IMG/VR virus record: IMGVR_UViG_3300029787_000023
Span: 6,215 to 70,214 of that record
Length of the DNA stretch: 64,000 nt
Reading direction: 5' to 3' (one strand)
Source: a virus
The notes beneath the pieces are model-generated. The model searched no databases. It saw only the letters and a program-made list of their open reading frames with translations, and was not told the origin of the DNA. Shown here piece after piece: positions 58,521 to 64,000 of this stretch. Position 1 is the first letter of the stretch. The number at the start of each line of letters is the position of its first letter. The position numbers and the translations under genes are program-made.

Positions 58521-59036
58521 ATGGATGACACCGACGAAACCACTGCCCCAGCGAATCAGCCGCTGTCGATCGTGCCGACAATCGTAGCTGCGGTCGGCGA
58601 AGAAGAGATCGTCGAGATGCTGGTCGAAGAGAGTCGATTCAAAGGTGAACCAGAACTACGTGCGGCCGCGGCTCGATTACTCGAAGCTGGGTACACAGTT
58701 CAGAGTGTCGCGCGTCGACTTAAAATACGTGCCTCGACTGTGTGGAAATGGTCATCAGAACCTGAGATCGCCGCCTCGATCAGATCCGGTGCCGAATATC
58801 GACGTAAGGTAATAGGTCAAGACCTTGAAGCCGCTGCAGAAGATGCACTCTCAGCTCTTGTAGAGATCGTTCGCGACCCTGGGATCAATCCCAAGGACAG
58901 AGTTAAAGCTTCGGAGGTCATTTTAGACCGATGCGGCTTGATATCCGGCCCAGAATCGGGTCAAACTACCGCTATCGCAGTCGATATTGACTTCGATGAA
59001 CGTCTGGCCCGCATCGTGGCTGGAAATCGGACCTAA
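58521..59036 (+). CDS. Putative terminase small subunit (HTH)
   Basis: HTH (AARLLEAGYTVQSVARRLKIRASTVWKW), then ALSALVEIV...DRVKASEVILDRCG as in TerS-like proteins. TG-extended TATACT -10 upstream. Confidence 0.65.
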   Translation: MDDTDETTAPANQPLSIVPTIVAAVGEEEIVEMLVEESRFKGEPELRAAAARLLEAGYTVQSVARRLKIRASTVWKWSSEPEIAASIRSGAEYRRKVIGQDLEAAAEDALSALVEIVRDPGINPKDRVKASEVILDRCGLISGPESGQTTAIAVDIDFDERLARIVAGNRT

Positions 59037-59037
59037 A

Positions 59038-59415
59038 ATGCACTCAGAATCCCCGAAAATGATCATCATCGCGAAGAAAGACGCCATGGGAGACGAACAT
59101 CCCGACTTTTCCGGTCCCGGATTCGCTTCGGCCCGGAAAATGTTGCTTCTCGCAGCCGCCGGCCCGGAAGAACCGGGAACTATCATCGAAGATGAGGACG
59201 CCGACCCGGTCGGGGAGCCGGAAGAGCCGGATTCGCCGGACGAACTCGCCGAAATGACGCCGGATCACCACGCGGAGATCATGGAGATCGTCGGAGAACT
59301 CCGAAAAGCGTCCGAGACGCATGCCGGACAGGCCGATCGTCTCGAGGAGATCTGCCGGAAGATGTCGGGCGACTCGAGCGACTCCGGCTACGGCGAGGAA
59401 CGCGAACTAACTTGA
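59038..59415 (+). CDS. Acidic hypothetical protein with CCGG-rich coding sequence
   Basis: Starts 1 nt after the TerS-like stop; ELRKASETHAGQADRLE segment. Confidence 0.55.
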   Translation: MHSESPKMIIIAKKDAMGDEHPDFSGPGFASARKMLLLAAAGPEEPGTIIEDEDADPVGEPEEPDSPDELAEMTPDHHAEIMEIVGELRKASETHAGQADRLEEICRKMSGDSSDSGYGEERELT

Positions 59416-59425
59416 GCTCAGCCAG

Positions 59426-59468
59426 AAAACCCCCCACCAGCTCGACGACATGTCGGGCCAATGGGGGG
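59426..59468 (-). terminator. Probable intrinsic terminator between convergent genes
   Basis: cccccca...gctcgac-gacat-gtcgggc...tgggggg stem with TTTT on the minus strand. Confidence 0.5.
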
Positions 59469-59532
59469 CGGGAGTGAACTGCTTACGGTTGACCATCGGT
59501 CACCGGTAACGTATCACCGGTGAACCGACGCG

Positions 59533-59877
59533 TCAAGTCCTGAACTGGTTGATGTAAGTATACATCTGCTCGACCGATAGTCTCTCGGTCCGGCTTAGCC
59601 GGTCGCGGCCGCTCGAGTCCGTGCACGTTAGCGCGTTCAAGTCTTCGAGCCACATCTCGACCGACCGCGGATCGGGCGCCTTTACTTCGTGGAGCTGGGC
59701 CGACACCTTCTCGAGACTGTCTTCGATCCGGCTGGCCTCGGTCTGGACATTGGATATCATCGATAGGATATCCTCCTTCAGTCCGTCGGGGTCTTCTTCG
59801 ATCCGACGTTCGATCTTCCATGCGTGGTTGAATAGGGAATCGAGCGCCGTCTCTGCTGTTTTGATGATCTCGGACAT
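59533..59877 (-). CDS. Hypothetical coiled-coil protein
   Basis: AAGGAGG RBS; 114 aa. Confidence 0.65.
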   Translation of the reverse strand: MSEIIKTAETALDSLFNHAWKIERRIEEDPDGLKEDILSMISNVQTEASRIEDSLEKVSAQLHEVKAPDPRSVEMWLEDLNALTCTDSSGRDRLSRTERLSVEQMYTYINQFRT

Positions 59878-59879
59878 GG

Positions 59880-60134
59880 TTAGTCCTCCTTTGATACGTT
59901 TTCGTTCAGGTGATCGAAGAATGTGATGGCTGTGGCGAGGTTCGCCAGTTCTACTTCGAAGTCGTCGACGTCGTAGTGTGGGCCGGGATCGGATTTCTCG
60001 GGGCTGTCGGGATAGACCCCGTGATCTTTGAGGTAGTCATACGAGCGCTCGATGTAGTCTCCGACCGCGTGCATGATGTCACCCCACTGGCCGACGGTTA
60101 GCGTGATCGTCTTGCGTCTGTCGTGGTCACTCAT
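59880..60134 (-). CDS. Hypothetical protein
   Basis: GGAGG RBS; 84 aa. Confidence 0.6.
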   Translation of the reverse strand: MSDHDRRKTITLTVGQWGDIMHAVGDYIERSYDYLKDHGVYPDSPEKSDPGPHYDVDDFEVELANLATAITFFDHLNENVSKED

Positions 60135-60291
60135 AGCTTCCTCCGCTCAACTCGTGGATGATCTTCTGACGGGACAGGACCCGCTTAACGCGCTCCCAGT
60201 CGATCGCGTCCAGTACTTCTCCCGCGTCTGCGCTCGGGTCGGCGTCTACTTCGTGCAAAATGTGCTCGATGATCTGGATAAGTTCATGCAT
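60127..60291 (-). CDS. Small hypothetical protein
   Basis: MHELIQIIEH start after GGGGGA RBS. Confidence 0.55.
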   Translation of the reverse strand: MHELIQIIEHILHEVDADPSADAGEVLDAIDWERVKRVLSRQKIIHELSGGSYE

Positions 60292-60302
60292 AGCGTCCCC
60301 CC

Positions 60303-60944
60303 TTAGTGCTTGTGGTAGTCGATGTTGTCGACGGTAGAATCCCAGCAGGCTCGGCAATCTCCGCACTGGTTGCCCTGTGTGGGCGCTGGGCACGTGTGGC
60401 CGTCTCCGAAGTCGACGGTGGACGTTGGATAGCCTTGCATGGCCTTAGCGGGGCCTTTGCCTACCATCGGAGCAGAGACGCGGACCGTCAGATTGGCAGG
60501 CCATGAACCCGCAAGCATAGCGCGGGCAGCCTTGATCATGCGAGTCTCACGTGTCGGCGCCCAAAACTGGACATCGGGAAGACTGCGCGCGACTGCGACC
60601 CACTGACGGACGTGATCAAGACTCTGAAAATCTCCGCTGTCATGGATGCGGAAATACGCGTCTGCGGGGTTCGTGTAGCGGTCGATCATGAAGGTCATAG
60701 CCTCGACCCACCGCGGATGTGTCAACGCGTCCAGACGTCGATTCAGACCCTTTTGCACGGATGGCGTCCCGTAGTTACCGCGGAAAGCATAGCAGGAGGC
60801 GCACGTGGAGCCCTTGACTTTGCGTAGCTTTGAGCCTACCTTGCACGCGGATGCAGGTAGAGAGGTAGAATAACCAGGCATTTTGGACGGCGTACCGAGT
60901 CCCGATGCATGACCTATGATGTCTTTCGCTTCTTTAACCAACAT
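60303..60944 (-). CDS. GP88-family Cys-rich (radical-SAM-like) phage protein
   Basis: PSKMPG.S.SLPA..C..GSKL.K..GS.C..CYA, RIHDSGDF, FWAPTRE, NLTVRVS, CPA..QGN.CGDCRACWD. Confidence 0.8.
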   Translation of the reverse strand: MLVKEAKDIIGHASGLGTPSKMPGYSTSLPASACKVGSKLRKVKGSTCASCYAFRGNYGTPSVQKGLNRRLDALTHPRWVEAMTFMIDRYTNPADAYFRIHDSGDFQSLDHVRQWVAVARSLPDVQFWAPTRETRMIKAARAMLAGSWPANLTVRVSAPMVGKGPAKAMQGYPTSTVDFGDGHTCPAPTQGNQCGDCRACWDSTVDNIDYHKH

Positions 60945-60987
60945 GTTTACTCCCTGTGCCGAGTGGGTTGTGTCTCGACATGTTCAT

Positions 60988-61034
60988 AGTTTATAGGGTC
61001 GATACCAAGGTGTCAAGGATAAAATAAAATAAAA
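60988..61034 (-). promoter_or_regulatory. Strong sigma70-type early promoter with UP-like A/T tract
   Basis: Minus strand TTGACA-N17-TAAACT preceded by ttttattttatttta. Confidence 0.75.
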
Positions 61035-61370
61035 TCGATACACCAGTTTAAACCGGTTGAATCGCCAGCTCTTCGATATCTCCGCCGGTCGCCAGCTCCG
61101 CCGGTCGTGCTTCCGATCTTCCGGCCGGCCGGACCTATCATGCGCGCGCGTATCGCCGGCCGGGGCTGCCGGGACTGCCGGCCGACCGACCGGTCGACCG
61201 GATCGGCCGGACCTATCATGGCGAAGCCATGATCTGGACTTGACAAGGCCAGAGCTCGAAACTACTCGAAGGTTCGACTTCGTCGACTTCGAGCGCTGAG
61301 CTCTTGACGTCGAAAGTCAAGGGCTAAAGTGATGGTTCAAGTTTCGTCGACTTCGAGTGTCTCAAGTGTC

Positions 61371-61424
61371 TTGACATTCTCCTGACATAATACTTGACAC
61401 CTTGGTTCGATATCGTGCTATAGT
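61371..61424 (+). promoter_or_regulatory. Rightward early promoter(s)
   Basis: TTGACA at 61371 and 61394; extended -10 TGC-TATAGT at 61416-61424. TTGACACCTTGGT is shared, inverted, with the leftward promoter. Confidence 0.55.
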
Positions 61425-61465
61425 TGTTGTGGGTCGCACCTTTACCTTGACCCATTGGAGTGAAC

Positions 61466-61783
61466 ATGGAAGGCAATATCATGGGACGAAGAAAGTTCTT
61501 TGCACAACTCAGAAAGAGAGGTTTCGTCAAGGCACGTCTACAAATGACGCGCGTAGCCTTGACCTATACTCGCGAGTCTGACCAGCTGTCAGTCACAGTC
61601 CCGAAGAATCATTCGAACACGTTCCACATTTTGGGCGGCAATGGTTCGGTCCCTACTGGTTTTTTCGTTCGGTCGAACCGCAGCCCTGTCCTTGGTCGCC
61701 ATATCCCTATCGAGTGGTGTCCTCTTGAGACCTGTCTTGACATCATCGACGGCGTCATTATCTGCGCCGAAGGGGGTGAGTGA
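61466..61783 (+). CDS. Hypothetical early protein
   Basis: GGAG RBS; start uncertain (61460, 61466 or 61481). Confidence 0.6.
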   Translation: MEGNIMGRRKFFAQLRKRGFVKARLQMTRVALTYTRESDQLSVTVPKNHSNTFHILGGNGSVPTGFFVRSNRSPVLGRHIPIEWCPLETCLDIIDGVIICAEGGE

Positions 61784-62007
61784 TGGAGTTTTCATCGACT
61801 CTCGTTCCTGCCTACGGTCGCGACTATCGCAGCAAGAAGGCTATCCAGTCCGACCTCAAAGAAGGCCGTCTCGACTTCCGTATCTGTGACGTCTCAAGTC
61901 GTTACGACGGTCGCTATATCAATGGACACGACCTATCCGCTGAAGGCTACACTTCAGTGTGGGTCCGCTACGGTAACCTCCGCAAGATTGCACAGGTGAC
62001 ACTATGA
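61780..62007 (+). CDS. Conserved small phage early protein
   Basis: TLVPAYGRDYRSKKA...DF...GRYIN...VRYGNLRK pattern recalled from other phages. Confidence 0.7.
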   Translation: MMEFSSTLVPAYGRDYRSKKAIQSDLKEGRLDFRICDVSSRYDGRYINGHDLSAEGYTSVWVRYGNLRKIAQVTL

Positions 62008-62276
62008 CCGCGCGCGAGTTCCTTGAGTCTGGACTGTGGGCCGCGGTCGACAACGCCCACGATATGCTTATCGGTCCGATGCACGAGACCGAGTATGCCT
62101 TCGGCGTCATCGTCATGGATGTCATGTGGGGTGCTGCCGAGTCGTACCCCGACAGCGGATATCTGAACGTCCAGTATGACGACGACAACGAGGTCCGCTT
62201 CACCCGAGGCGACCTCCGACCGCATCTACTGGCTGTCATTGCCGAGGCCGTCAAGCGCACCGAGGCCGAGTCATAG
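62004..62276 (+). CDS. Hypothetical protein
   Basis: ATGA overlap; 90 aa. Confidence 0.6.
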   Translation: MTAREFLESGLWAAVDNAHDMLIGPMHETEYAFGVIVMDVMWGAAESYPDSGYLNVQYDDDNEVRFTRGDLRPHLLAVIAEAVKRTEAES

Positions 62277-62504
62277 ATTCACTCCGACGCCGGTCGGCCT
62301 TCGGGCCGGCCGGGATACCGCAGCCGCCGGACGCCGGACAATTATAATTATGTTGCTGGCCGTCTCGAAAGAGCTCGGCCGGTTCGCGCTCGAGCTCACC
62401 GCCGGCCGGAAATCCGGGATACCCGCCGGACCGGCCGGACCCGGAACTATCATCGCAAGCGATGCTTGCGACTTGAGCTCGAGCTGATCGCCAGGTCCAG
62501 ACGC

Positions 62505-62537
62505 AGAAAAGCCCCCCGACCCGAAGGCCAGGGGGCT
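62505..62537 (-). terminator. Intrinsic terminator with UUCG loop
   Basis: Minus strand agccccctggcc-ttcg-ggtcggggggct followed by tttct, just after the 62544 stop. Confidence 0.75.
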
Positions 62538-62543
62538 ATTGAT

Positions 62544-62822
62544 TCACGCTTTGCTATTTTGATACGCCCAATACGCATCCATCTCATCCTGCGGATGAGG
62601 TTGCGCGTAGCCGTCATCTCGAAGAGTGTGATACTCGAGGTCGCTGACGGTTGCTCGAGCGCTGTCCTGCGACCACTTCTCTTCGAGTTTCTCATTCTCG
62701 AAGGCCGCATGCTGCAGCGTGTCAAGGGACTCGCTGTCATAGACAGCGAAGCCCCAGGACTCGAGGTATTTCTGCAGGTCGTCTCGATTCATATCGGTGA
62801 ATCGTCCGTAAATTTTAGGCAT
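62544..62822 (-). CDS. Hypothetical protein
   Basis: AAGGAG RBS; LESWGFAVYDSESLDTL. Confidence 0.65.
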   Translation of the reverse strand: MPKIYGRFTDMNRDDLQKYLESWGFAVYDSESLDTLQHAAFENEKLEEKWSQDSARATVSDLEYHTLRDDGYAQPHPQDEMDAYWAYQNSKA

Positions 62823-62832
62823 GTTCATCTCC

Positions 62833-63033
62833 TTATAGGTGGATTGACTTGAGTTCTTCGATTCGTTCTTCCAGTCCTGGCTTGACCCAAGTGTCGGTTT
62901 CTCTGTCCCAGACAGACGCTATCTCGTCTTCGGCCATCCTCTGAAGTTCGTCGGGATGGACGCTGACGTCAACATTCTTTGCCCATGTAAGAAGGGCTTC
63001 TAACTCGAGATCTGTGGTTGAAAGGTCGGGCAT
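62833..63033 (-). CDS. Hypothetical protein
   Basis: GGAG RBS before MPDLSTT. Confidence 0.6.
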   Translation of the reverse strand: MPDLSTTDLELEALLTWAKNVDVSVHPDELQRMAEDEIASVWDRETDTWVKPGLEERIEELKSIHL

Positions 63034-63075
63034 GTTCAGCTCCAAGAGCTCCCCCGAAGGGGAGCTGGCTAAGGT

Positions 63076-63216
63076 TTATCGAATCCGCGTAGCTACGATC
63101 GAGGGATGGTAGCCTTGACAGATTTCAGAGAATTCGGCTTTGCCGAAGTACTTGTTACACTTACGGGTGGACCACTGTTCAGTGACCCCCGTTTCGATGA
63201 AGGTGATTTCCCACAT
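63076..63216 (-). CDS. 46-aa hypothetical protein (not in ORF track)
   Basis: MWEITFIETGVTEQWSTRKCNKYFGKAEFSEICQGYHPSIVATRIR*; GGAG RBS; flanked by twin hairpins. Confidence 0.6.
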   Translation of the reverse strand: MWEITFIETGVTEQWSTRKCNKYFGKAEFSEICQGYHPSIVATRIR

Positions 63217-63257
63217 GGGGACTCCGATGCTCCCCCCGAAGGGGGAGCGGTTAGGGT

Positions 63258-63488
63258 TTAGTCGTAGCCAATCCGAAGTACTTGTAGAGACTTGACCCCT
63301 TCGGCAGGGGTCAAGCCATTGTCGAATGTCCGACGCCAGGGCTTGTCGGCAATGTCAAAGACTCCGAGGCCGATGGCCTCCGTGATGATGCGGTCAACCG
63401 AAGTCAGCCACGTCATGAAATCCCAGTCACCACCGCAGTACTCTTCGAAGTCGGCCATGCGGATGGCCGCCCAGTCATCGGCGTTCAT
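63258..63488 (-). CDS. Hypothetical protein
   Basis: FMTWLTSVD...GLGVFDIADKPWRRTFDNGLTPAE. Confidence 0.65.
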   Translation of the reverse strand: MNADDWAAIRMADFEEYCGGDWDFMTWLTSVDRIITEAIGLGVFDIADKPWRRTFDNGLTPAEGVKSLQVLRIGYD

Positions 63489-63647
63489 GGCGCGTCTCCA
63501 CTGGGCTGAGGATGGCGTGTAGGCTCAGGGTGAATCCCGTAGCCATACACAAGGATGCGATAGACAGAATGAATGTTTCCATAGTTGTTCACTCCCATGG
63601 ATTGTGAAGGGTGCCCCCGCCCCGATATGGGGCGGAGGCCGTGACTC

Positions 63648-63998
63648 TTATCCTTGCTCGTCGATGTCTACTGCAACCTTGACGGCGAAGACGTCGAGGT
63701 ACTTAGTGGTCAGTCGACCGTTCGCAAGCTGGGGTGCCTTCAGTGGCTTCACAAGTGCATCCTTGGCCGTATCCATGGTCTCGAATCGACCCTGCAGGGC
63801 CAACTCGACCACCTTGGCCATCGTCTCAGTATTGACGCGGTTCGCAAGGAGCGCGGCAATCTTCGACCATGGTACGGTAGCAGGCTTAGGCTTGGGCTCG
63901 CCGATGACGATTCCGTAGCCGATACCAGGAACGAAGCGTCCGTGGTACTCACCAGGCTCGAGTAACGCGCGGGGTCCGCACGGCTCGCCTTGTATGTC
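63648..63998 (-). CDS. Hypothetical protein, 5' end outside the window
   Basis: Open frame DIQGEPCGPRALLEPGEYHGR...ATVPWSKIAALLANRVN...DIDEQG*. Confidence 0.6.
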   Translation of the reverse strand, partial: DIQGEPCGPRALLEPGEYHGRFVPGIGYGIVIGEPKPKPATVPWSKIAALLANRVNTETMAKVVELALQGRFETMDTAKDALVKPLKAPQLANGRLTTKYLDVFAVKVAVDIDEQG

Positions 63999-64000
63999 CG

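Noticed and set aside
61013-62453. Minus-strand ORFs containing MIGPA or starting MIVPG (61013-61246, 62271-62453, also 58923-59186)
   Set aside because: These are translations of the CCGG/CTATCAT DNA motif. Their Pro/Gly/Arg-rich composition and lack of a clear RBS suggest they are not proteins.
1-64000. Stop-codon reassignment, tRNA genes, introns or inteins
   Set aside because: Genes are full length and tightly coupled in the standard code. No cloverleaf, intein (C...HN) or interrupted core gene was seen.

Overview
The window is about 64 kb of a tailed dsDNA bacteriophage genome (Caudoviricetes), probably podovirus-like, in the standard genetic code. No integrase, tRNA, CRISPR array or IS element was seen. 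Layout: terminase large subunit and portal on the minus strand (1-4 kb). A plus-strand virion operon diverges from them (4.3-37.7 kb): major capsid, cement protein, adaptor, nozzle, three very large putative ejection proteins including a 3669-aa zincin-containing protein, a repeat-containing tail fibre, and small membrane proteins. Next come an XRE regulator and a replication/recombination operon (38-50 kb): SNF2 helicase, Cas4-like nuclease, Sak4-like ATPase, SSB candidate, UDG-PolA fusion, SbcC-like ATPase and DUF927 helicase. A DNA-modification locus follows (50.6-55.3 kb): a TGT/DpdA-like protein, queE, queC and a Mom-family protein. The early region of small genes (55-64 kb) holds an iteron-like repeat cluster, a TerS candidate and unusual CCGG-rich islands. 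The strongest observation is that the TGT/DpdA-like protein ends in a degenerate copy of the same phage's Mom-family domain, suggesting a coupled deazaguanine/Mom hypermodification system. Also notable: a PolA with His at the steric-gate Glu, a candidate anti-RBS small RNA, and CCGG islands that each carry a conserved CTATCAT-hairpin motif. All family calls come from motif recognition by eye; no database search was run and counts are hand counts.
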